In this document: positions 24,201-36,369 of the stretch, one piece after another
Position numbering within the stretch: position 1 is the stretch's first letter
Layout of the letters: each line of letters opens with the position of its first letter
Origin: the human T2T-CHM13v2.0 reference genome, Homo sapiens
NCBI RefSeq assembly: GCF_009914755.1
Contig: NC_060929.1
Strand: one strand, 5' to 3'
DNA: 64,000 nt
Translations under genes and position numbers: made by a program
The notes under the pieces: model-generated
What the model was told of the DNA's origin: nothing
Databases searched by the model: none
What the model saw: the letters and a program-made list of their open reading frames with translations, nothing else

Positions 24201-26004
24201 ATGCCCATGAATTGTATCTGTGAACTATCAATTGATTGCTGTCATAGCCTTCTATTGGAGGACTGAAACAGGATTCCAGGGGCAGGAAGGCAGGAGGAGG
24301 GAGGTTAATATGCGTATGTGAGGCTTTGTCTGTCTACGGCTGGCTGCAGCTCCTGGATTGGTCTACCATTTGCCTGCATTAACACGAGTTCCCTTCTTTT
24401 AAAGTCAGGAGTTTCCAATACTTCAAAAAGTGTAATGGGAGGTAACTTAATAATGTGTGATTTATGTAGCCATCAGAAGAAATATCAACGTCTCCATCCT
24501 GGAAACAAATCAAAGTTCAGATATGGATGCAAACACTAATTACTTTTAACAAGTGCAAGGGAGAGGTGAGCAGAGGGCAGGATTGAATTTTGCCCAGCCA
24601 GACAGCCGGGCGCGTGATAACCTGAGATTTTGCAAGGCCCAGTGTGGTGTGCACAGGAAGTATCAGGATGTGGGCCATGTCGACCGGGCCCTCATCCGCC
24701 CTTTGAAGTTTCCAGAGTGAGAAGGGACAAACATCCATCTCCAAGCGCCCCAAGTCCTGCGGGCTGCTTTGGGTTACTGAGGAATGTGCACTTATTGGAA
24801 ACCTGAGCCCACGGTCCCTAAAAAGTTGGGCTGTGGCGGGGCAAGGAGTGACCCTGTCAATTTAGACAGCTGCTAGACCACTGCTCGGAGCAAATTATTA
24901 CAGCAGCGGTGATCTTCCTGATGGGAAAAAAGCAAAGGGCATCTCTTTAAGCCCCACTGGGTCAGCTTTCGCCTTGAAGATTCGTGTGAGAACTGGAGCC
25001 TCGGGAGAATTAGAGCCATGCCAGGGCTGAGGCTGAAGGACAAACAGGCTGCTAGATAGGGGAATGGAGACTCAAACACAGATAAACCTAAAAGACACTG
25101 GCCTCTCTCTGCATGCATCCATTACTGTCCTGCGACAGTCTCACGTTTAGAAAACTCCAACCTCACAACATAACTCACGCAGCAGTTATCTAGGAGTGGT
25201 TCTGCACCAGGTGGTCAGATGATTCCACCCACTGTGTCCCAGTGCCCTCTTCCGTCCGCCAGCACCTGCAGTGCATTTAAACATGGAATTCCTGCTGCAC
25301 GCAGCTCAGCTGCCGCAGAAATCGGGGTGTGGGTCTCTCATATGTGTTCACTGCAGAGCAACTTCAAATGGCTGTGAATAAAATGCTTCTTTCTATCTTA
25401 AGGCTTGAGAGTGAGAAGCAAGTCGGATTTTACAATAGTACTTTAAAGGTTTAGCAGTTTGAGAATGGGAAAAGGCAGGTTTCCCAAGGGAGCCAAACTT
25501 GAAGCAAAAGTGCAGGAGGATCTTGCATTTGTTCCCTCGCAGCTGGCGGTGGGGCAGGCTGGGGGCCCCTGGTCCAGCAGCATGCGCCCCTCACAGACCA
25601 GCCCCACCCCCCACCGCACCCCGCACCCCAGTGCATGTGGTTCATACTTGGGAGGGGCTGCCGGCTGCACAGTTCCCTTGCTAGCCTCTCCCCAGCCGTC
25701 CTCTCCCTTCAAGGAATAATGGGGAATTCTAGTGAGCGAGATCATCTCCCTATAAGGGACAGCCTGAAGTCTAGGGAGTTTAAATTACATCCTTCAGCAG
25801 ATGAGGGCCTGGCCCAGCAGTGTTCTCGCTGGGGAGGGAAGCTTGGCGGGTGGTGGCAAGAGAGGAGAATTCCTTTCACACACATTCTCGTGCCTTTGGA
25901 ACTTGGTCTGTAGATTGGCCATTTGAAGTATCAGGGAACTCAAATGTTTAAAAGTTAAACTTCACATACTTAAAATATTTAGTATGAGACTGTATAACTG
26001 GCAG

Positions 26005-26235
26005 TGCAGCGGTGCCCAGGGGACCTGAGCCATGGAAGTTTCAGGAACACCAGGCCTGCTGCGTGCAGGTGCTCCAAGCGCACCCCCAGCAGTGAGGACT
26101 GGACTCTGTAGCCACTCAGGCCGCCTCAGACTGCCATCCAAAGGCCTGGAGAGAGTGGAAATGCTCACTTTCAACAAGCACCCAGGGGCTTCTGAGGGAG
26201 AAATTCCCAAGACTACACTGGGAGGAAATATTACT
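26005..26235. mobile_element. Possible MER5-like hAT remnant
   Basis: tttcaacaagcacccaggggcttctga...gactacactgggaggaaata resembles the MER5 end. Confidence 0.4.
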
Positions 26236-26334
26236 CTTTATTCCAGTTTTCTTGATGTTAATGACAATTAAAATCCATGTCACAGGGTTGCGGTGAGGAG
26301 CAAATTAAAATAAACCTGATAGCACTTTAAAAAG

Positions 26335-26785
26335 TGCACGGGTGTCCTGCGACTGCTGTAACAAATGACAAAAAACTGGGCGATTCACAAAAGCGGAAGT
26401 TCATCCTCTCAAAGCTCTGGAGGCCGGAAGTCTAAAAGCCCCATGTCTGCAGGGCTGCACTCTCCAAAGCCTCTGGGGGAGGAAGCGTCTTTGCCTCTTC
26501 CAGCTCCCCTTGGCTGCTGTGCTCCTGGGCTCGTGGCCATATCGCTCCAGGCTCTGCCTCTGGGGCCACGTCGTCTCCTCCTCTTCTGTCTGGGTGAAAT
26601 CTCCTCCACTTTTCTCCTATAAAATATTTGTTCTTGAATTTAGGGCCCACTTGGATAATCCAGGGTGATCCCCCCACCTCAAGATTTTTAACTTAATCAT
26701 GGAGATAGCTTTTTTCTAAATAAGGTCACATTTACAGGGATTCAGAGGGGGACATGTCTCTTTGGGGCCACCATCAACCCACATA
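26335..26785 (-). mobile_element. MLT1C-like MaLR LTR (inside a MIR tail)
   Basis: ctgctgtaacaaatgaca...ctggaggccggaagtc...tttagggcccacttggataatccagggtgatc...aaataaggtcacatttacagg. Confidence 0.85.
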
Positions 26786-27088
26786 CTCAGTGCAGGACAC
26801 ACAACTGCAACAATATGACTGTGTCTACTGCCCCGTCACATTCTTTGGTCATGAAAGCCAAGCCGTCTGCACTCCTCTCTGACACGCTTGGCTTGGCCAA
26901 TTGGCTTCTTCCTGCAGACTACAGAGCGGCTGTTCTGGGAAGCTCCTTTCTGCTGCAGAGACACACAGCCCTTCCCGCACCAGGCCGAGGGTCAGCTCAG
27001 CAGGGGCCTTTTCTGGGGAAGGTGCAGTACTCCAACAGTCAGCCGGGCTCCCAGCGCTGTGTCCATGGCTGGCTCTGCCTCCTACTCA

Positions 27089-27168
27089 CCCCTACCCGCC
27101 TGGCCTCTCCCTGCTTCTCCTCCTGCTAACCCCTGCCCACCCTGCCTCTCCCTGCTTCTCCTCCTGCA
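27089..27168. repeat. 41-bp pyrimidine-rich tandem duplication
   Basis: cccct.ccc.cc.gcctctccctgcttctcctcctgc occurs twice (27089, 27130). Confidence 0.85.
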
Positions 27169-28877
27169 CTCCCCCTGGCCTGGCCCTCTGCATCTTGTGT
27201 GTGCCTCTCGCTCATCCTTGGGGCCTGCCCTCTGCAGACCTTGCTTTTGAGCCTGGTGCCCCTGTGTGGGAACCTCACTGTCCTGGTGGACGTTGACAAT
27301 TGTGAAACTGCCCAGCAAAGTCTGATGGCGGGTGGCTGCTCCACAGGGCCTGTGTGGTGCCCCCTCACCGTGTCGTGACCTTCCCTTCCATGGGCGGCAC
27401 TGGCCTTGGGGACAGGCCCAGCACCCTCAGAGACCTCCACACTTGCTACGTTCTCGCATCTGAGGAATGTGGTAGTATGTCATAAACCTACGAATAGTAT
27501 AGAAAAGTAAGCTACAAAGTAGAAAATTGCTATGAAAGCAGATTCTTACATAACCTTGTCCGATCGCTGCTCATCTGGTCCCTCAGCCTAACCCAGCACA
27601 GTCCATTTCACACAGGATCCCGCTCTATGCATGGCCAGGGCACAGGTGGTGACCATGCCAGAGGCTGAGCCAGCTTGTTCTAGAATCTGCCATTCATATT
27701 CTAGCTGCCCAGATGACTTGCTTGGGACAGCCCCAGGAAGAGGGTGGGGTCATGGTGGGGGGCGGGGCAGGCGCTGTTCCCTCGGACCCGGAGTCCACAT
27801 CTCCGGATGGGAACCCTCAGAGGTGCAGGCCTTGGCCAAAAGAAAGGGGCATTCCTATTCCTCTTCTAGCCCAGAATCGAAGGGAAGCAGGTGATCCACT
27901 GGACTCCTAGGGACTGCACGCTCCAGCCCGCGCCAGGGAGCCCCTCACCAGCTTGTGTCGGTCTCTGCCATGCCTATGGCTGGTTCTCCTTCATCATTGT
28001 CACCCCAGCCTTCATCCTGCCCCGGATTCAGAGCCCCTTGTTGGTCTTGCATGGCGGGGAGGAGCCCCCAAGACAGCGTGTGTTGAAGGTCACCAGGTCT
28101 CAGTCCACCGGTGAGGGGCAGTGCCCCCGGCGACATGCGGTGTTTTAAGCAGGTCTGACCCCTGGCCGCCTCCACATGTGCACACCCATGTAAAGTCAGT
28201 TTCCTCCCGGGACATGTAGAAGGTTTGGAAGGTGATGCCAAGCGACGTGCCTTCCTCAGCCACAGCCTCCACTGGGCACCCCGAGTGGTGGCCTTTCCCG
28301 CTTTTTTTCTGGAACACCCAGCAGGCTCCCTGATGGGGGCAAACGCTGGCCCTGGACACACAGGCCCTGAGTGGCCATCAGTGAGTGCCTGGCATCAGAC
28401 ACAGGATACAAGGACTTATCCCTCAGGGCTCCTGGAAGACAGGACCGGAAAACAGAGTCCTTGAACTGTTTCCTGAAGATGAGCAGAGCAGCTATGGATG
28501 CCCTGGAGGGGACATGGCCCTCTGCCAGGTTTGGGCCATCCAGTTGGATGCCTTGAAGGAGGCGGCAAGCATTTCATTTTTGTGACAACTGAGCATATGC
28601 AGCTTGGAATGAAAGGAAGGAGATGTTTTACTTCTTAAATAAACACATGTCCATGTTCCTCTCTCCAGAAGCGTGAAAATGCAATTACATAGAATATATC
28701 CTGTGCACTCCAGAGCAGGGGACCCGAGAAGAATCACCTCTGGTGATGGAACCCCTTTCTCAGTCACCTCAAACACGTGGCCTGTGCTGGTCCATCACCA
28801 CCTGCTGTGGTGGATTCGGGCAGGACCGAGGCCAGGGGTAGTCCGGGCTTTGCCCCATCATCACTCAGGAGGCCAGG

Positions 28878-29137
28878 TGTGGTCTCCTCTCTGTGCGGAG
28901 CCTCCTCACCTTGCTCTGGGCTCGTGGCCATGGCTCTTCTCTCCATCTGGAGCCGCCTCGCCTCCCTGCGCACTCGTGGCCGTGGCTCTCCTCTTTGTGC
29001 GGAGCCGCCTCACCTTGCTGTGCACTCGTGGCCGTGGCTCTTCTCTCCATATGGAGTCGCCTCACCTCCCTGCGCACTCGTGGCCGTGGCTCTCCTCTCT
29101 GTGTGGAGTTGCTTCACCTTGCTGTGTGCTCATGGCC
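28878..29137. repeat. Minisatellite, 52-bp monomers in A-B-A-B-A order (104-bp dimer)
   Basis: Monomers start at about 28878, 28930, 28982, 29034 and 29086. A has tgtgcggag..ccttgctgtg; B has ccat.tggag..cctccctgcg. Confidence 0.93.
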
Positions 29138-29444
29138 TCCTGTGACTTATCAGAAGCTCCACTGTGAAGGAGCAGAGAGGTGTGTGGAGAGGGAGGATGA
29201 GGTGCATCCCATGGGCAGAATTGCCATTTCTCTGCACTCTGGGGAGACCCATCTGCTGATTGTGACCTTACTGAGCCGCTCTGTGCCCCCTGCCCCCAGG
29301 CCTGAGTGCCTGTTCCAGGGGAGGAGATGGGTCAGATGCCTCGGGCATGTCCTAGTGCAGCTCTCATGGCACCCAGGGGAGAACATGACCTGACAAAGCC
29401 ACACGTTCATTGTGGTTCCAAGCAGACCCCTGCCTGGTGGCCTG

Positions 29445-29603
29445 AGCTCAGACCCTAACCCTGTCCCTCACTGTGGACTTCTTTCCTTAACTTATTTGTG
29501 CCTCAGTTTCCTCACCATAAAATGGGATAATTTGCTAAGAGGTTTAATGAGTTAATTCATGTAAAGTGCTTTGAAGAGTACCTGGCTCAGAATGCGCACA
29601 AAA
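29445..29603 (+). mobile_element. MIR
   Basis: ttaacttatttgtgcctcagtttcctcaccataaaatgggataat...atgagttaattcatgtaaagtgctttgaagagtacctggc. Confidence 0.85.
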
Positions 29604-30678
29604 CTTCCTCTGTGGTGGCGGCGATGGTGGCTGCAGTGGCGGCGGTGATGGTGGTTAATAGGCATGCCAGTTGCAATGATATGCAGAGAGAGCAATGGAG
29701 AGCTCAGAGAAATATGGAAGGGCAGCCCCTGTTGCATGGAACAGTCAATGGGGGATGTGAGCAGGAGCAAATGCACACCCAGCAGTCGGGAGGGGGTGTC
29801 TCCTGACCTGGGATTCAGGAGAGAGAGCCCAGGACCACACTCAAGGCCTTGATTCCAGACCACGTTCTGGGTTTCATTTTCTGGTGTGAGTTTATGGAGT
29901 TCACTGCTTTCTATTTGTCTCAGTTTCTTGTGACAAATAATAGCTGCCTTACCGAGATAAGAAAATGACAAAATGAATGAGAAATTAAATTGAGAAGCTA
30001 AAAGCATTGTATAAATTTCTACCATGAAGGCCGCAAATTTAAAATCATCCATCAAAACTTTAGACAAAAGCATAAAATCATCCATGATGTTAAGCCCCAG
30101 CCCGAGCCTCCCCTGAGCCCCCAGGCTCTACTAGGAGGAAGGCACTCTCCCTCCTCTCAGGCAGTCATGCCCCCTCCTGGGTATGATGCTCCTGAAGCAC
30201 GAGGGGCTGCTGCCGATGGCCCCAGAGCCTTGGGCACATGGGAGGTCACGGTGGCAATTGGAGAGAAGACCTCCTCCCCGGATCCGAGGACCTCAGTGGA
30301 AAGAGGCCACCTCCTTCCTGCCCTGCAGGCCTGAAGGTGTGAGCAGAAGAAGCAGAAGATGTGGGGAAGCTGAGGCTTGGGCTGGCCCAAGAGGGGCAGG
30401 GACCGATGCCTGCTTTGTTCATGGCAGAGTGAAGATTGGAGCTTTCTCTGCTGAGGATGCAGGTGGACCTTCAGGTTGAAGCCCCTCAAGCCCAGAGGCC
30501 CGGGAATGGTGCAAGGTGCTCAGCCGAGAACTGTTCCCCCTGGGAGGACTGTGCAGGTGTCCACCAGGTGGGCGTCAAAGGCGAGGGGCGGCTGGTGTGG
30601 GAGTGTGGAGGGGGCCATGCAGGAGTTGCTCCTGGACGGAATGAAGAGAGCAGCAGAGGAGAGGTTAAAAAGGAATCC

Positions 30679-30956
30679 TGCCCGGCGCGGTGGCTCACAC
30701 CTGTAATCCCAGCACTTCCGGAGGCCGAGGTGGGCAGATCACCTGAGGTCAGGAGTTTGAGACCAGCCTGACCAACATGGAGAAACCCCATCTCTACGCC
30801 TGTAGTCCCAGCTACTCAGGAGGCTGAGGCAGGAGAATTGCTTGAACCTGGGAGGCGGAGGTTAGGGTGAGCTGAGATCGTGCCATTGCACTCCACCATT
30901 GCACACCATTGCACTGGGCAACAAAAGCAGAACTCTGTCTCAAAAAAAAAAAAAAA
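30679..30956 (+). mobile_element. AluSp-like element with an internal deletion of the middle A-rich linker
   Basis: gcctgaccaacatggagaaacccc (Sp diagnostic). Junction tctctac|gcctgtagtccc at 30797/30798. TSD aaaaaggaatcc at 30667-30678 and 30952-30963. Confidence 0.93.
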
Positions 30957-31372
30957 GGAATCCAAATACACAGACCTCCAGGAAGGGGGCTGCCAACACC
31001 GTGAGAAGCTCTCCTTTTTCATGTGCGTGCCTTCCAGTGGGAATGCAAACCGCCACAGCCTCACTGGAAGTCCACTGGGCAGCTTCCTATGGAACTGGGC
31101 ACACTCTTACCACACACTCCAACATTCCTGCTCTTTGGTATTCTCCAAATTAACTGAAAACTTCTGTCCACACCAAAACCTGCACACGGATGTTTATAGC
31201 AGCTTTATTCATAATTACCGAAACTCAGAAGCAGCCAAGATGCCCCTCAGTCAGCGAGGGGGTGAATTAAGCTGTGCTGCACCCACACAGTGGAATCTTA
31301 CTCAGCACTAAAAAGAAACGAGCCAGGAGGCTGCGAAAAGGCATGAAGGAGCCTGTCATGAGCACCCCTCAG

Positions 31373-31686
31373 TGCTATGGACTAAAGGTTTGTGTTGCAC
31401 CCCAAATTCCTCTGTTGAAATCCCGATCCCCAAGACGATGGTGCTAGTCGTGTGGCCTCTGAGAAGTCATTAGGTCATGAGACTGGCGCCCTCAGGACAG
31501 GGTTCGTGTCCTTCTAAGAAGGGAGGGCTTGTCTCCTTAGAACACAATGCAAAGACGCCCTCACCAGGGACAGGAACAGCAATGCCTCGACCGTGTCCTG
31601 CCAGCCTCCAGAGCTGCCACAGACAAACTTCTGGGGTTTAAGCCACCAGCCTGTGGTATTTTGTAATGGCGCCCTGAGCTAAGACA
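31373..31686 (+). mobile_element. MLT1A-like MaLR LTR
   Basis: tgctatggactaaaggtttgtg ... tttaagccaccagcctgtggtattttgtaatggc...taagaca. TSD ctcag / ctaag. Confidence 0.85.
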
Positions 31687-31739
31687 CTAAGCGGAAGAAG
31701 CCAGTGTGAAAGGACAGCATCCCGTATGTTGGACATGCC

Positions 31740-32454
31740 CGCGATGGTGAATCTTACGTGTCTACTTGTCCGTCTGTGGGGTGGCCAGATACCCAGTTAT
31801 GATCAATCCTGGGTGTGTCTGTGAAGGGCTTTGGAAGAGAACAACGTTGGAACCAGTCGACAGGGTCGAGCAGATGCCTGCCCTAGTGTGGGTGGCCTCA
31901 TCCGACCCCTTGAAGGCCCCAGTAGAGAGAAAGACCAATCCTCCAGTGGGTAAGAGCGAGCTCCTCCTGCCCTTCCACTTCCTCCCTTCCACTCCCGCCC
32001 CTCCACTCCTGAAACAGCAGCCTCCCAGGCCCCACCTCGCTGACCACAGACCTGTGTCTCCTCAGCCTCCATAACCACAGGAGCCAGTCCCTTGTTGGAA
32101 ATATATATGTGTGTGTGTGCATCTGCGTATGCACGCATGTGTCTGTGTGCATGTGTGTGTGTGCCTGTGTGTCTGTGCACGTGTGTATGCGCGCCTGTGT
32201 GTCTGTGCGTGTGTGCCCGTGTGTCTGTGTGTGCACACATGTCTGTGTGCATGTGTGTGCACCTGTTTGCATGCCTGTGTGCATGTGTGTGCGTGTGTGT
32301 CTTATGTGTGCATGTGTGTGTGCCTGTGTGCCTGTACTTACGTGTGTGTCTGTGTGCCTGTGTGCGCACATGTGTGTCTGTGTGCCTGTGCGTGTGTGTG
32401 CCTGTGTGCCTGTATGTATGTGTGCGTGTGTGTGTCTGTGTGCGTGCGTCTGTG

Positions 32455-32505
<51 letters not shown>

Positions 32506-32543
32506 TATGGGTTCTATTTCTCTGGCGCACCCTGACTCATACA
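31740..32543 (+). mobile_element. MLT2-type ERVL LTR with an expanded internal TG-rich microsatellite
   Basis: gatggtgaatcttacgtgtctacttg...gggtgtgtctgtgaagg...ctcagcctccataaccac...[TG tract]...tcctatgggttctatttctctgg...cctgactcataca. Confidence 0.85.
32108..32502. repeat. ~400-bp compound (TG)n/(TGCA)/(TGCG) tract
   Basis: Near-continuous purine-pyrimidine alternation ending in a pure (TG)21. Confidence 0.95.
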
Positions 32544-35324
32544 CCAACTTTATGACTTTCCAACAAAGGCAGAACAATGGAAATGGAAAAGAGATCTTTG
32601 GCTGCCAGGGGTTCAGCGGGGAGGCAGTGAGCAGGCCAAGCACCGAGGGTTTCGAGGGTGGTGAAACTGTTCCAAGCGACAGGTAATGGGGGACACATGT
32701 CATGATACATTTGTCCAAACCATAGAATGCACAGCACCAAGAGGGACCCGCATGTGCACTGCGGCCTTTGGGTGACAATCACCCGTCACTGTGGCTCATC
32801 CCTTGTGACCAAGCTGCCGCACAGAGCAGGGTGTTGATAGAGGGGAGGCTCTGCTTGTGTGGCGATGGGGGTGTGTGGGAGCTCTGCATCTTCTGCTCAA
32901 TTTTGCTGTGAACCTAAAAGTGCTCTAAAAAGTAAAGTCTATTAAAAATGCTACTTCCCTTAGCCATTTGGGTCATGGAAGTTTCTGGAGGAGAAGGTAT
33001 TGGGTTAGATCTTCGGAGCCGGGGTGCTGCATCGGCCTGCTGTGTGCTGCGGAGAGCATCCCCCGTGGAGGAGACAGGCAGACTCACACCTCCCACCCAC
33101 CGTGTGCCCATGAAGGGGGAGACAGTTGAACACTTTTAGTTTTCTTAAGAGAAATTGGAGTACCTCCGTCCCTTTCTTGGATCTTTGAAATTTGGAGAAA
33201 TTCTGGAATTTATTTCTAAGTTAACATAAATGCATTGAGTCATTTTATCCTAGAAGTATCTCCCTACGTTTGTCTGCACTTAAGTGTTCCTCATATCTGT
33301 GAACAGTGATAGAAAGAAAGCATAAAGCTAATATTTCAGAAATTTGTCCAAATAATTGTATTAAGATAGATTTGACTTATTCCCTTTCCAGGAAATAGAG
33401 ATCCTAAATTTTGCGTTTGAGTCCTCCTTGGCATCCACATTCCTGGCCGCTAAGCCCCCTGTCAGATTGGAGCTGGGTAATCGTGCTATGCGGCATGACT
33501 GTGATATTTTACACCCTTTTAATTGGACACACAGTGGCAATCCGACTGCCATTAGCAGGGGTGGCACTGCCAGAAGTATTTTGCTATAATTTATGTGTAA
33601 ACAGCAGAGTCCAGCCTGGATCTGACCGTGTGGCCTCCACTCTCTCTGTTGTGGTGAATAAAACAGTTTTGAGAAAACTATTTGTTTTTAGATTTTTGTA
33701 GCCAGGGCAAAATAAATATGCACAATTATCAATTAGTGTTTCTTACCAATGGTGCTGAAGAAAATGGAGAAAATAACTGGATATTGAGGCCGGACATAGG
33801 AAATGGAGGCAGGGTAATCGCACCCCTCACTGCCCTGCGTGCCTGCCGGTGGCCGTTCCTGACCCTCATTTAAACAGTTTGGTTCCATCAGAGTAGTGTG
33901 TTTTGAAATAAAATTTTTTCATTGCCATTTTCAAATTGATTTTGAATAGCCGATTCTAACAAAAGACATCGCAGCGCAGCTTTTAACTCCTGCCAGGCTT
34001 CAGTTCCATGTTGTGTAAATAGATTGTAGTGTCTGTGTTATTGTTGTAACTGGAGCTGGTACTTGCAAGGTAAAAAGGCTTTAGGCCATTCCACACATGC
34101 CTGGCCCAGCCGTTGGCCCATTGCAGCCTCTTCTAGCTTCCGAGGGAATGGGTCTAAATCTGTCTGATTACAGAGTTTTGTATTTGTCTCTTCACTGGTT
34201 TAGACATTCTTGCATTACATTAAATACCCCTGGTGGAACTGGTGGGCTATCTGGGGCCCTCTTTCATCAATTATTCACACTTTGTTCAGTCTCCCTGTTT
34301 ACAGAGCCCCTTAAGGCACGATCGCCTGGCCCCATGTCAAAGGAACCTTCTCTATGCAGGCAAACTTGGGAGTTTGATTGACATTCACTCAAAGCCCACC
34401 CTGAGAAACCCCGAACCTCCCCCTTCTGGCATGCACCTGGGGATGCCGGCATGCTGCTCAGATGCAGACCCTCTCCACGGATGCCAACACTCAATACCGT
34501 TGCACTGTTCCCATTTGGCCAAAGGCAAGGACATATATAATGGTGCCTCTGTGGTCTCTTCATCACACACCAGCGCACATCAGTGAAAGGGGATCAAATA
34601 ACTTTCAAGAAATGCCTAAGATGACTGCCTGGGTTTAGAATTGGGAATGAGTGATGGCCGCACAGCACGGGACTTTACAGTGTGTACCTGCCATCAGGGT
34701 CCCAGCAAGGTAGATTGACCATTATCTTTCTACACCTGGGGCATTAAGAGGTCATGTGTTTGGCCCTGGGCTCACAGCACACAGAGAGGAAGCTGGATGC
34801 AAAATCCGACTCCTGCAAGGGAGTAACTTAGCTTAATAGATGTACAAGAAACATCCATTGAGTAAATTAATGGGGGAACATTTTACAATATTAATGTCCC
34901 ATTAAAACAGATTTAAAATGACATCCCTTATCCTTGTGGATCTTTTAAGTGCAACACCTGTTTGTCACTAATCCTGTTTAATTTAACAAAAGTGGAATCT
35001 ATCTTATATAGTCCAGGCTCTCCAAAATGTCATTGGCAAAGTTAGGAAACAGACCAGGATCATGTTAAATCCACAGCCCTGTTTAGGAACCAGCCTGCTC
35101 AGCTGCTTTCCTTGACTTGGGATGCATTCCGAGACACAGAGTGTCAGATTTCACGTCCTCAGCCATCGTAACACCTTTATAAAAACTAAGGCCCACTTAA
35201 TGTATTGTGTTTTTTAATCAAATCTTATTTCAAAGTTACCATTAAAAGTGCTTGAGATATTATTTTAGCACGTAGGTCCCCTGCAGATCCTGGTGGAGGT
35301 GGAAAAATCTTGTTGTGTCTAGGC

Positions 35325-36130
35325 TCCATCTCTATGAAGGGACGGCCCTGGCTAGGTGGGGTCATGTCTCTATGAAGATGGGTCCTTTCTAGGTGAGCCA
35401 TGTCCCTATGAAAAGGTGGCCCTTGCTAGATGGGGTCATGCCCCTATATGAAGGGGCAGCCCTTGCTAAGTGGGGTCATGTCCCTATGAAGGAGTGGTCC
35501 TTGCTAGGTGAGTCATGTCCCTATGAAGAGGTGGTCCTTGCTAGGTGGAGTCATGTCCCTGTGAAGAAGCGGGCCCTTTATAAGTGGGCAGTGTTTCTAT
35601 GGTGGTAGATCCCTTGCCAGGTGGGTTCTTGTCCCTATAAAGGTGGTGAAGATGAGGGCCCTTGCTGGGTGGGGTCGTGTGCCTATGAAGATGGGCCCTT
35701 GCTAGGTAGGGTCATGTCTCTATGGAGATGGGGACTTGGTGAGATGGGGTCATGTCCCTATGAAGATGGGCCCTTGCTAGGTGGGCCATGTCCCTATGAA
35801 GAGGTTGTCCTTGCTAGGTGGTGTCATGTCCCTATGAAGAAGCAGGCCCTTTATAAGTGGGCAGTGTTTCTATGGAGGTAGATCCCTTGCCAGGTGGGTT
35901 CATGTCCCTATAAAGGTGGTGAAGATGGAGGCCCTTGCTGGGTGGGGTCGTGTCCCTATGAAGAGGGGGGCCCTTTATAAGTGAGTAGTGTTTCTATGGG
36001 GTAGATTCCTTGCTAGGAGGGGTCATGTCCCTATAAAAATGAGGCCTATGTTAGGTGGGGTCAGGTCCCTAGGAAGGTGGAACCCTTGCTCTGTGGGGTC
36101 CCATCTCTATGGAGGTGGGGTCCTTGCTTC
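35325..36130. repeat. Degenerate minisatellite, ~37-40-bp unit (catgtccctatgaagatgggcccttgctaggtggggt), ~20 copies with a ~273-bp higher-order duplication
   Basis: Repeated catgtccctatgaag...cccttgctaggtg. The block 35515-35700 recurs at 35788-35970. Confidence 0.93.
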
Positions 36131-36369
36131 CTGGGAGCCTGGCTGAGCTATTCATCCTCCACATACCTCTGTTTTCTTATCCTTGGGATGAGGTGATAAA
36201 ATATGCCTTTCTCATCTCCCTGGATGACCATCACATGAAAGATATTTGAAAAAGTATTTAATTCCTCAGGTGGTTTTTCTATCCATGATACAAGAATTTA
36301 GCCTAAGACACAAGTGACATTCAGAGGCATTGAGGCAAGCTTCAGGGTAAGCACTCTTCTTTCTTTCTT

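Larger units (their letters stand above)
31035..32948 (+). mobile_element. L1MC1/2-like LINE 3' end, interrupted by MLT1A and MLT2
   Basis: gtccacaccaaaacctgcacacggatgtttatagcagctttattcataatt, catgtcatgatacatttgtccaaaccatagaatg, and the terminus ctcaattttgctgtgaacctaaaagtgctctaaaaagtaaagtctattaaaaa. Confidence 0.88.

Noticed and set aside
29611-29654. GGC/GGT triplet run suggesting a poly-Ala or poly-His coding tract
   Set aside because: It sits at the tail of a MIR, is short and impure, and has no flanking coding signal.
31803-32778. Long His/Thr-rich and Cys/Val-rich ORFs
   Set aside because: These are translations of the (TG)n/(CA)n tract.
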